A stretch of 64,000 nucleotides of DNA from the NCBI GenBank assembly GCA_965237525.1, contig CBDEFO010000008.1, forward strand, positions 128,001 through 192,000. The letters are read 5' to 3'. The notes under the pieces were generated by a model. That model was not told where the DNA came from. It made no database searches and was given only the letters and a program-made list of their open reading frames with translations. This document shows positions 11,375-20,877 of this stretch, piece after piece. How positions within the stretch are numbered: the stretch's first letter is position 1; the number at the start of each line of letters is the position of its first letter. Source of the stretch: Candidatus Latescibacterota bacterium (lineage in GTDB: Bacteria > Latescibacterota > CBDEFO01). The position numbers and the translations under genes were made by a program.

Positions 11375-11627
11375 TGGAATGGTGTTGTAGAGCGTTTCTT
11401 CAGGACCCTCAAGCAAGAATGTTCCCGATTGAATCCATCGGGGATTGGCTTCACAACTTTGAATCCTTTGAACAAGCTGAGAAGATCATATCTCAGTGGA
11501 TCGATAATTACAACAAGAAGCGTCTTCATTCATCCCTGGGGTACAAGACCCAGGAAGAGTGGAGAAAACAGTTTTATCTACTACCCCAGGTTGCTTAATT
11601 GGTGTCGCTTTCCTGGGGGGCACTACA
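11375..11627 (+). mobile_element. IS3-family remnant (3' end of OrfB and right terminal repeat)
   Basis: NGVVERFFRTLKQEC...WLHNFESFEQA...WIDNYNKKRLHSSLGYKT; ends in GGGGGGCACTACA; frameshifted at a hairpin insertion. Confidence 0.8.
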
Positions 11628-13053
11628 GGAATTCCTAAAGTAAACGAGGAAGAAAAAGAACTGGTCAATCTCATCTTCGAGACCTACATCCAAGAGAAAT
11701 CCTTTCGGAGGGTTGCCAATATCATCAATGCCAAGGGCTACCGGACCAAGTCCTATACATCACGCCGAGGGCAGGTGCATGGCGGAGTGAAGCTTATAGC
11801 CACTTACATCAGCCGAGTTCTTTAAAACCCCTATTACATCGGCAAAGTGGTTCACAAAGGCAAATGCTATGACGGGCAGCACGACCCCATCGCATCAGAG
11901 GAACTGTTTGAAAAGGTGCAGAAGATCATCCTGTCCAATCAGGTGAAGCAGTCCAGGGGAAGGAAACACACCAAGTATCCCTTCATTCTGAAAGGTCTGG
12001 TTCGATGTGGGGATTGTGGGGCCTTTTATGACGCCCTACTTCGTTACATTCGACAGAAGAAACCTTACTTCTATATATAGCTGTACGAAAACGCAGCATC
12101 TTGGAAATAAGGAATGCTCGATGAGCTCTGTTCCCGCACCGCCATTGGAATATCTAATTGTAAAACGGTTGGTGCAACTGAAGGAAGACCACAACCTTGG
12201 ATCAGAGATGGTCGAAAATGCTACCACCCAACCTTCGGCGCTTCTGCAGGAATTAACAGATGTAAAGGACCGGCTGTCCAAACACCGGGGTAGCATAGAG
12301 CAGAAAATCAACACCTTAGTTGAAAGCCTAGCCGATGGTAAGGTGCAGATTAAATCGGTGGGACAGAAGATTGTTGAGTTGGAAGAGCGGAAAGAGCAGT
12401 TGAGTGAAGAGCTACAAGAGCTTGAGATGCAGATCATAGATGCAAAAAGAAAGGTCGTGAGTGCCAATACCTTGAGAGGCAGGCTCACGACCTTCTCTGA
12501 AATTTTTGCCGAAGCGACACCTGAGGAAAAGAAAGAATTGATGTGGCTTCACATCAACCAGATAGTCTGGACATCTCAGGAAATTCGTTTAGCTCTATTT
12601 GGAAACCCGACAATGTCTCCCAAGTTGTTAACCACGTCGGGAAAAGTTAGTCGAGATGCATTATCTGGCTCCCCGACCTGGCTAATAGATAGAACTTTTA
12701 GAGCGGTGTTTGAGTTTCCCAGGACCAAGAAGGAGCGTCAGAAAATCGAGCCTAAACCATCAAGGTACTATCGCAATCCCGTCTTCATCGCTCAGGAATG
12801 GCAAAAGGCATTGGAAAACGGTGATTGCTCCTCTCCGGCTGATCTGTCTCGTAAGCTCAGGGTTTCCCGTGCCCGAGTGACTCAGGTCTTACGTCTCCTC
12901 AAGCTATCCCCAGAAGTCTTGAAAGTCCTTGTTGCCCTCGGTGATCCCCTGCATTTGCCTATCGTCACCGAACGGATGCTCAGACCGATTGTTATGCTCC
13001 TAGTGAAAGATCAAGAATGGAGGGTTGAGGCGATATTGACAAAGAAGCACTAG
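11628..13053 (+). pseudogene. Large serine recombinase remnant (recombinase, Zn-ribbon and coiled-coil; catalytic domain missing) running into a small HTH domain
   Basis: VNEEEKELVNLIFETY, L*NPYYIG, GQHDPI, LKGLVRCGDCG, YSC; C-terminal ADLSRKLRVSRARVTQVLRLLKL; an internal stop and a frameshift. Confidence 0.85.
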
Positions 13054-13490
13054 GACGATCTTGAGATTTTGGTTTCGGTATTGGAGTGTATGCTATTACC
13101 TCTTTCCCCTACTCTATTGTCTGTGCGAATGGGTAGTAGCAGCTGGCACAGACACACAGAGTGTGGGAGTCGATGAGAGGGATCAAAGGATTCTGCGGTT
13201 ACACAAGTATCTGAATAATAGGTCGTCAAAAGAGATACATGAGTCAGAAAACTCCCGGTGGTGATCTTGGAACACACAGCCTTCCTGAAACGGTAGGCTT
13301 TCTTTTTATTCATTTCGAGTGCCGGTCTGTTGACAACCGCCAATTCCTATTGACATCTAGCATTTCCTTTTGTATTTTGCAACTGAATGGACAACGCCTT
13401 GCCATTGAATGTTACATTCAAAATGTATTTAAGAAGATAATGATCAACATAAGTGATTACCCAAGAAGTCAAAATGAAGAGAACAATGTA

Positions 13491-14765
13491 ATGTATAGAC
13501 AGCTTGTTTCCACAGCAGTGTGTTTCGTTGTATTATGCCTGCTGTTGGCATCTGTTACAGCTTCGGTCTCTGTCGTGCTGAACTCTAACGTGACGGATTG
13601 GACTCCTAGCCAGTTTGCTGTCGAAATATCTATGCCGGATACTGTTGCGACCTCGGGAGATACGGTCTTAATTCCTGTTGTTGTGTCGTCGGATTTAACT
13701 GGCCTTGGAGTGTCATCTATCCTGGCAGTGATCACTTTCGAGGACGCTGTGCTGACGGCCCGGGATGTCTCAATAGATAACACGCTCTTAGCGGAGAGTG
13801 GCCAAGACACGATGTTAGTTGAGGTGAATACCATAACGCCGGGGCGTATTGAGATAGGAATATCCAGAACACACGATCTAACAGGGAGTGGTGTGCTTTT
13901 GCATATAGAGTCTACCGTTGTTAGCAGACTCATCTCTACAACAGTATCTACAGCACTGCATTTTGAGACCTTCATGTTCAACGAAGGCAGCCCATCCACC
14001 GAGACTCAGGACGGGAGCTTGACTGCCTATATTGTGACACCTGCTGCTTTCACCTTTGACGCTGTGAGCGAAGGAGCAGCTATTGAGGTACTGATAGATA
14101 CGGTTAAGACCAACGCGGCTAAGACATTGAAAGATAGTCTTTTGGCTGTGAGTTATTACGTCACAGGTGTACTTAATCCTTTTGTTGCTAAAGTCTTTGA
14201 TGTCAACGACAATAAACCGGGCACTGTGTTGGCGAGTAAGGTAATTGATCCTGTGGGAGGTCTCAGTCGCCTTGGATCAGACGGATTCACAAGGTTTGAG
14301 GATGGTAGGATTAGTTTAGGAATTACTCAGGATGATACGCTATTCGTAGCTATGGAGCTATTAGACGCTACGGGTCCTTCAATAGGAGTAAATATCAGCC
14401 TTGACCCAAGCAGGAGTTGGACCTTCGATGAGCTCGGTGGAGTAACACAATGGAGACGGAGTTCTGAATTCGGGATAACAGGGAACGGAGGGTTTATGAT
14501 ACGGGCTGTGACAGGGATTATGGGGGATGTGACGCAGTTCTTACCTTTTGAGAGAGGGATGCAAGATGGCGAGATTGGGACAGAGGATTTGGACTTTGTG
14601 GTGGATGTAGTTCTTAAAAGGATTTCTGCTGCTGGCGTGTCGGAAGTTATATCAGGAGGGGATGAAGTTACAAGGTTTCTTATAGATACTGTAGATGGAA
14701 AAGCAGGAGGACCTGACGGCATAATTAATCTCTTTGATATCCTGTTTGTTGTGAATAGGCTCTAA
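13491..14765 (+). CDS. Secreted cohesin-domain protein with a C-terminal dockerin-like module
   Basis: Signal peptide; cohesin-like ISMPDTVATSGDTVLIPVVV...LTGSGVLLHIE...FNEG...DGSLT; C-terminal GDV...DGEIGTEDL and DGIINLFDIL pair. Confidence 0.75.
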   Translation: MYRQLVSTAVCFVVLCLLLASVTASVSVVLNSNVTDWTPSQFAVEISMPDTVATSGDTVLIPVVVSSDLTGLGVSSILAVITFEDAVLTARDVSIDNTLLAESGQDTMLVEVNTITPGRIEIGISRTHDLTGSGVLLHIESTVVSRLISTTVSTALHFETFMFNEGSPSTETQDGSLTAYIVTPAAFTFDAVSEGAAIEVLIDTVKTNAAKTLKDSLLAVSYYVTGVLNPFVAKVFDVNDNKPGTVLASKVIDPVGGLSRLGSDGFTRFEDGRISLGITQDDTLFVAMELLDATGPSIGVNISLDPSRSWTFDELGGVTQWRRSSEFGITGNGGFMIRAVTGIMGDVTQFLPFERGMQDGEIGTEDLDFVVDVVLKRISAAGVSEVISGGDEVTRFLIDTVDGKAGGPDGIINLFDILFVVNRL

Positions 14766-15074
14766 GATTTTGGCAGGTGCATTTGTGCAGACAAGGAAAT
14801 TATCATTATTGATGACACCTCGTGCGACAGCAGTCCATCTATCATTGCTCTCATACAGTAGCAGTGACCTGATGCAGGTATAGTCCAATATTTGTAGAAT
14901 AGTGGACAAATACTAAACTATTGTAAAATATATATATGCTCAATAGAAAAGGTTGACAAAGAGTTGGATTTATCGTAGATTAAGGGGCTGTAGCTGGTTT
15001 AAGGGTTATGAACCCTTTAATTCAGATGTATATTCACACGGATGGGTGATAACGTAAATTCGCCCTGGCTTTAG

Positions 15075-16593
15075 AAGCCTTGTGAAAAACCCTTAGATTC
15101 AGAAAGTAGTATAGAACAAGCATTGATAAAGCAGTTCCGATGTATTATATTATGTTATTGATAATATTATACATGGAGGAAACAATGACCCCACAAAAGC
15201 AGGAACAGACAAATCCGATGTTTCACTATTTTCAGATGGAGGATTTAGTTCCCGAGGATCATATCCTTCGTCAGATTGATGAGGCAGTTGATTTTTCATT
15301 TGTACGAGACGTTGTATCAGATTGTTATTGCCCTGACAATGGCAGACCCGGTATTGATCCTGAATTAGTTGTTCGAATGATCCTTATTGGCTATCTGTAT
15401 AATTTGAGTGAGAATCGGCTCTGTCAGGAAGTGGGGATGCATGCGGCATATCGGTTGTTTTGTCATCAGACATTTGATGATGCGGTTCCGGATAGGAGCA
15501 CGATCAACAAGCTTCGCAATCACAAGTGGGCATCCAGTGGGTTGTTTGAACGGATAATGCGTCAGGTAGTCCAGTGTTGCATAGATGTCGGTCTTGTGAG
15601 CGGTAAACACCTTAGTGTCGACGGCACTCAGATACAAGCTGATGCTTCAGTGAAAAGTATTGAGCCGATAGAACCCCCTGTTTCTCTTGATGATTATCTC
15701 AAGGGAATCGGTTTTGAAGGTGATAAGACAAAGGGTAGGTCCGGGCATCCTCAGGATAAAGACTTTCATGGTGAAAAGTGGACGAACCAAACACACCGTT
15801 CGACTACAGACCCCGACGCGCGCTTATACAGCAAATCGAAGGGCAAAGGGGCTTTTCTCTCGTTTATGGGCCATGATCTGATCGACACAAAAAGCAGAGT
15901 AATCCTTGAGACTCAGGGCACGCAGGCGACAGGGACAGCAGAGCCCGAAAGTGCCCTTAAGATGGTAGATGACCTTGAAACATACACCATGCCCAAAGAC
16001 ATTCAGACACTTAGTGCCGATACCGGTTACGGTTCTGGTAATTTTATCGCTGATGTACTTGACCGGGGAATCATACCCCATATTCCTCTGCGAGCCGATG
16101 AGAAGATTGAACCGATTCCTACATGGAAAAACAAGACAAATCCAGCACATATTCAGGCCGAACGGGATAGAAAAGTGCGAGAGGCGAAAGCCAGAAATCA
16201 TGCACGGTCTATCTCATTAACAGCTGACTACAAACTCTCCCGGAGACTCCGTAAACGCAGTGAACATATCTTTGCTGAAGCCAGGCAACAACACGGTATG
16301 GGACGAGCCCGTTATAGAGGACCAGCCTCACTGAATGAACAGTTGAATCTTGTTGCAACAGTACAGAATCTCAAGAGGCTTGTATCTTTCATAAGAAGGG
16401 GGAAAGCGTCTATGTGTGCCCTGTCTGTCAAAGACAGTGCATCCTGTTCTTCAAACAGCTCCTGTTCCTTGCTGACCAGAACTCTGATAAGACTATTTTG
16501 CTTATTCCACAGCAAAACGATACGATATGCTACTCTTTGACCCATAATCGGCGCTTCAGACGCTGCCTGGGACATAACTATTTCACAAGGCTT
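15075..16593 (+). mobile_element. IS1182-family element, copy 2 (1519 bp)
   Basis: 13-bp terminal inverted repeats AAGCCTTGTGAAA/TTTCACAAGGCTT; matching TTAG direct repeats at 15071-15074 and 16594-16597. Confidence 0.95.
15185..16540 (+). CDS. IS1182-family DDE transposase
   Basis: EDLVPEDHILRQID...GRPGIDP (DUF772-like), VDGTQIQADAS, STTDPDARL, ADTGYG, EHIFAEAR; GGAGG RBS before the ATG at 15185. Confidence 0.95.
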   Translation: MTPQKQEQTNPMFHYFQMEDLVPEDHILRQIDEAVDFSFVRDVVSDCYCPDNGRPGIDPELVVRMILIGYLYNLSENRLCQEVGMHAAYRLFCHQTFDDAVPDRSTINKLRNHKWASSGLFERIMRQVVQCCIDVGLVSGKHLSVDGTQIQADASVKSIEPIEPPVSLDDYLKGIGFEGDKTKGRSGHPQDKDFHGEKWTNQTHRSTTDPDARLYSKSKGKGAFLSFMGHDLIDTKSRVILETQGTQATGTAEPESALKMVDDLETYTMPKDIQTLSADTGYGSGNFIADVLDRGIIPHIPLRADEKIEPIPTWKNKTNPAHIQAERDRKVREAKARNHARSISLTADYKLSRRLRKRSEHIFAEARQQHGMGRARYRGPASLNEQLNLVATVQNLKRLVSFIRRGKASMCALSVKDSASCSSNSSCSLLTRTLIRLFCLFHSKTIRYATL

Positions 16594-16627
16594 TTAGGTG
16601 AGGACTGAAAAAAGGAGGGTAGATACC

Positions 16628-17734
16628 ATGGAGAATGCTATCAGTTACAGTGATGTTCTTGTTCTTAATCCTAATCCTGTTGATCTTCGTATCAAGATGG
16701 TTCAGACTGCTCAGCTATACGGTGTCTCGTATGCTGCAAGGGCTTTTAATACAACACGCAAGAGCATAAGAAAATGGCTGAAACGTTATCTTGAAGACCG
16801 ATCCATAAAGAGTCTAGAAAATCATACGAAAGCACCCATAAACCCTCACTGTTTGTTACCGGAGGAGATCAGAAAGCTGATTGTAAAGTTCCGACAGACC
16901 CATCCTTCTTTGGGATATCCGTATCTATTGGGTTTTCTCCAAAAACAAAATGTTCCAACTGATCAAATCCCCTCCAAGCCGACTGCCTATGCTATCTGGA
17001 AAAAACACAATCTCATAAAGAAACGCAGGCGAAAATGGAAGAGAAAGAAACTTGTCTGCCAGTGGAAAAAGAAACTACGCCCCTTTGAACATATCCAGAT
17101 CGATGTCAAACATCTGTGCGATATCCCCAACTACCTGAAACAACACTACAAAACAGGCGCCAAACTCCCCATGTTTGAGTACAGTGCCAGAGACATCAAA
17201 ACAGGCGCTCTGTTTGTAAGCCTGAGAGACGAACAGAACCTCATCAACTCCTCTATCTTGGCCTGTGCTCTGCTCCAACACCTCCAAGACCACAAGGTCT
17301 ATCCACGAAAGATCCAAACCGACAACGGCAGCCAATTCGTCAATACAAAGGATGCCCTCAAAAAGACCCTCTTTACCGACCTCATCCAACAAAGAGGCGT
17401 AGAACATAAACGCATCCCACCAGGGGCTACTACATGCCAATCCGATGTAGAACGCGCCCACGGCCTAATCGAATATGAATTCTACGACACCGTCAAGATT
17501 ACCAACCGTGCCAACCTCTGCCGGAAACTCCAAACCTATCAATGGTTGTTCAATACCCAAAGACATAATAGCTATAAAGACTTCAAAACCACTTTACAAA
17601 TAGCCGCCCAACACGAACGCACAGAAAACCTCAATCCTCATCTTTTTAACTTCCCAATCTTGACTCTCGACTCTCTTGTTTCTAACTCTGTCAAGAGTGC
17701 ATATCATGTGCCTTTACCAGACGATTTTCGATAG
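16628..17734 (+). mobile_element. IS481-like (rve integrase-core) DDE transposase
   Basis: N-terminal HTH (AARAFNTTRKSIRKWLKRY), QIDVKHL, IQTDNGSQF, DVERAH; AGGAGG RBS. Element ends not firmly identified. Confidence 0.8.
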
Positions 17735-18236
17735 ATATATCTTTCTGTTTGTTTCGTCAAGTTAGCTTTTTTGCTTGACTTTCTAGCCTGTCCTCTTTAA
17801 TTTGCAGAAGTAGAGTGTTTCTTTGGAACTGTTCTTTAAGGAAGGCTGTACAAGATGTGGGTGCACGTTCTTTTCGGGGAATATATAAAATACGTCCGGT
17901 GACTTCTGAAGCAAAGGGCGTGTCGTTTCCGAGTGAGGGGGAAAAGAGATCCCTCTTTGCAGAGCTTATCGCCCAATCGAGGGCGAAAGTAGTGCTCCAA
18001 GAGCCATGGTTTACTACTACAAGGTTTAAGACCCTGACGGTTTATGGTACGGGCAAGTTTGATCAGCAGGAACTTCGGAGGAGGAAACTTCAAGGTGAAT
18101 GTCTTCGTAGGATGGGACTTCTCGGCTACTCAGAACTTTAAGCCGAGTTGTGCTTCCTCTGTGGAGGGACATCCCCAACAGCTGTTAAGTTATAAGAGTT
18201 CAGGCGCTACATATTTTCAATTTGGGTTTATGTGTG

Positions 18237-18836
18237 ATGAATAGACTAACACTTCGTGAGCTTGAGAGGAACTATAAGAATTGCGAACTATGCGATCTGC
18301 ATAAGAGCAGGAAAAAAGTGGTGTTCGGGTGGGGCTTCCCCCATTCGAAGGTGCTCCTTGTAGCAGAAAGACCGGTCAGGAACGATGAGGCAACAGGGAT
18401 ACCTTTTAGCGGATCCGCTGGCGAGCTTTTGGACAAGATCCTTGCGGCGCCTAAAGTGGAAATCCCCAAGAGTGACGCATATCTCACAAATGTAGTGTTG
18501 TGCCGGGCTCCCAACGATAGATCGCCAAGGGTTTCAGAGATAAGATCCTGTCACGATAGGCTTATAACAGAGATAGAATTGGTGGATCCTACTTTTGCAG
18601 TGGCGATGGGAAGACTCCCTATGCTCCATCTGCTTAATTTACAGGGGAAGCTTGAGGAACTGAGGGGCTGGTACGTGACCCAGACAAAGGATAAGGAGTA
18701 CAAGACGTTTCTAACGTTTAACCCTGCCAGCGCTCTATACGGAGATCCCGAAACCATAAAGGCTAAAAAGAAGATGATGTACCAGGACTGGCAGATTATT
18801 GGAGATGCTTACAGGGATACTGTAAAGGATATCTGA
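18237..18836 (+). CDS. Uracil-DNA glycosylase, family 4 (Fe-S)
   Basis: CELCDL...RKKVVFG, GIPFSGSAGELLD, YLTNVVLCR, R.P...EI..C; some catalytic motifs diverge (VAERP, TFNPA). Confidence 0.88.
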   Translation: MNRLTLRELERNYKNCELCDLHKSRKKVVFGWGFPHSKVLLVAERPVRNDEATGIPFSGSAGELLDKILAAPKVEIPKSDAYLTNVVLCRAPNDRSPRVSEIRSCHDRLITEIELVDPTFAVAMGRLPMLHLLNLQGKLEELRGWYVTQTKDKEYKTFLTFNPASALYGDPETIKAKKKMMYQDWQIIGDAYRDTVKDI

Positions 18837-18949
18837 TGATAACTCAGCAGGTTACGGAGTTCCTGGGAGACGGTATATCGGATGAACTGAGACGAGCTGT
18901 CCAAAAGTTATCAGACGCTTTACCTGGGGGGAAATTTGAGCACGACTGA
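18836..18949 (+). pseudogene. 5' stub of an isocitrate/isopropylmalate dehydrogenase-like gene
   Basis: Translationally coupled (TGATG) ORF MITQQVTEFLGDGISDEL resembles the GDGIGPE motif; stops after 37 aa. Confidence 0.4.
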
Positions 18950-19040
18950 GTTTACTCAAGAGTTGATCTCAAGAGTGAAATAGAACTTGCAAAATCAGTA
19001 GACAGTAGAACAGAGATTCTTGTCTATTCAGTGGACAGGT

Positions 19041-19227
19041 GAGATTGGTTCCGCTTCGCGTCTCCTACGGGGTCAGGATTTGGCACCTCGCAATGACAAA
19101 AAGCAAGAGCGCTCCATGACTCAAGGTATAAGCCACGCAACGTCACTGCGATCTTCGATTGAACCCCTGATCCCCGATTGAGTCTATCGGGGATTCAATT
19201 GGGGGTCGGGGATAACGAAGCAAGCTC
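19041..19227. repeat. Composite palindromic repeat (GAGATTG...CGCAATGAC / GTCACTGCG...GAAGCAAGCTC family) containing nested mini-hairpins
   Basis: The same motif family recurs at 43621-43670, 47826-47895, 52491-52560, ~61230-61264 and ~63795-63900. Confidence 0.7.
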
Positions 19228-19315
19228 GTAGTCAGTAGAAAGCGGCACCTGCTCCCATCCGTATTTACCGTCGCTGCTTTTCTCAGGGAAGCAGACCTGC
19301 TCTGTACGCTGTCTA

Positions 19316-20791
19316 CTACCTTGGCAAAATGTAGTTTAAGATAGTTCGGAGTCGTTCTTTTTCAGTGATGGTGACCAGTTCCTGGTTGTCAATCAGAAAG
19401 ACTATTTCACCAGTTATGCCGAGCTCTTCAGAAAGCCGGGCGTCCTCTTTAAGGAGCGACAGCCCGGTTTCGCTTTTTGCTATTGCCTTTATCGTATCAG
19501 GTTCCAGGCCTACGGCTTCTACAGTCTCCTCCCAGTACGAGCTTCCCCCGGACCGAATCTTGGCCCTTATATATTCCGGATATTTTTCAGCATAGAATTT
19601 GTTGACTACAAGCTGTCTTATCGATTCTTCAACTTCGTATCTGCCGCCGCCGGCGACAAGTTCGCCGTCTCTATTCTCGCGGGTTACGTAGTGGATGTAG
19701 ACGTTTTGGGGCCCTTCATAGCCCTCCATGTGTGCCATTGTATCTCTGATGACTCCTAACGATCTTGAGGAGACGCTCGAAACGAAGATGTCAGCCCGCC
19801 CGGGAATCCTTTCTCTTTCGATCAGAACAGACGCTCCGACAGCTTCAGGGAAGATAAGATAGAGACCCCGGCTCTCATAGATCCTTCTCTTGATCTGAGG
19901 GAAGTTTCTGGACTCAAGCAGTCCCTCTCCGAATATGTAAGCGGGAAGCTTCCTTATGTTGTGTTGTATGATGAGAAGTTTGCCCTCATAGGAGTTGTGG
20001 GAAACTCTCCTGATCCGTATCCCAGGGAAGAGCGCCTTTGTGGACCGGACGATCTGGGCTTCGTTGGTGAAGTGGGCATCTTTGTGATAGACGACCGTAA
20101 GAGGGATAGGTCTAGCCTTTTCGTAGATGCATCTGGATTCCGAAGTCCCGGGCTTTACGCAGGTCCCGATGTAGCCCTCTTTTAAGCAGTCTGCGTCTCG
20201 GGAACACGTGGGGACGGATTTGCAGGCTTGCGGTTCATAATTTAATCTTGCGCAGATGGCCTTGAGGAGAGAGTACCGTTCTATGGAATCTTCGTAGGGT
20301 TTGCCGTCTATATAGATGGTCGGCGAATCGAAGATTTTGAGACTGTCGGTCCTCGATATGTGCGATCGCAAGATCTCTTCGGCTTTGCCACTTTCGATGT
20401 AGGCTTCAATTTTTTGGGGAGCGATCTCGACTTTCAGAGCCGATTCCTGCCAGGGGGCCTCTGGAACAGTGATATTTCTCAGCTGTGTATAGTCCCAGAA
20501 TTTTTCGGCATAGAGTTCCCAAATGGCTATGCGGCGAAGGTCCTCGTTTACTTCCTCTTCTCCCCTGAGGCTCTCTATCGTTCCGTCTTCTCTTAAATCT
20601 GCCACGTAGTACAGGTCAAAGTCGATGTATCCCGAAAGGTCTTGTATAACCCGATGGATAACCCTTTCCGCCTCTACACAGTGGGGACAGAGGCTCATCT
20701 CATACAGGTCGAGTTTGACTTTTTGCGCAGAAACACACGAGAAAAATGCTAAGACTGGAACTATGGCGATAGTAAGACTGCGGAAAATCAT
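19316..20791 (-). CDS. Exported thioredoxin-fold (GILT/DsbA-like) protein with a duplicated domain
   Basis: Signal peptide; LDLYEMSLCPHC; SPTIYIDG; a Cys-rich linker; the second domain lacks CxxC. Confidence 0.7.
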   Translation of the reverse strand: MIFRSLTIAIVPVLAFFSCVSAQKVKLDLYEMSLCPHCVEAERVIHRVIQDLSGYIDFDLYYVADLREDGTIESLRGEEEVNEDLRRIAIWELYAEKFWDYTQLRNITVPEAPWQESALKVEIAPQKIEAYIESGKAEEILRSHISRTDSLKIFDSPTIYIDGKPYEDSIERYSLLKAICARLNYEPQACKSVPTCSRDADCLKEGYIGTCVKPGTSESRCIYEKARPIPLTVVYHKDAHFTNEAQIVRSTKALFPGIRIRRVSHNSYEGKLLIIQHNIRKLPAYIFGEGLLESRNFPQIKRRIYESRGLYLIFPEAVGASVLIERERIPGRADIFVSSVSSRSLGVIRDTMAHMEGYEGPQNVYIHYVTRENRDGELVAGGGRYEVEESIRQLVVNKFYAEKYPEYIRAKIRSGGSSYWEETVEAVGLEPDTIKAIAKSETGLSLLKEDARLSEELGITGEIVFLIDNQELVTITEKERLRTILNYILPR

Positions 20792-20816
20792 AGGTGATCG
20801 GTCTCCTAATAAGTGG

Positions 20817-20877
20817 GTAGGGGCAGACTCGTGTGTCTGCCCCTTAAATTTGGGCGAACACTTGGGTTCGCCCCTAC
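20817..20877. repeat. GTAG-type REP doublet (REPIN-like)
   Basis: GTAG-GGGCAGACTCGTGTGTCTGCCC ... GGGCGAACACTTGGGTTCGCCC-CTAC; relatives at 26441, 43744-43804, 47970-48027, 49890-49952, 52635-52692 and 53981-54038. Confidence 0.85.

Noticed and set aside
17815..18244. Two short overlapping ORFs upstream of the uracil-DNA glycosylase gene
   Set aside because: No motif or RBS support; possibly a frameshifted remnant but not assignable.
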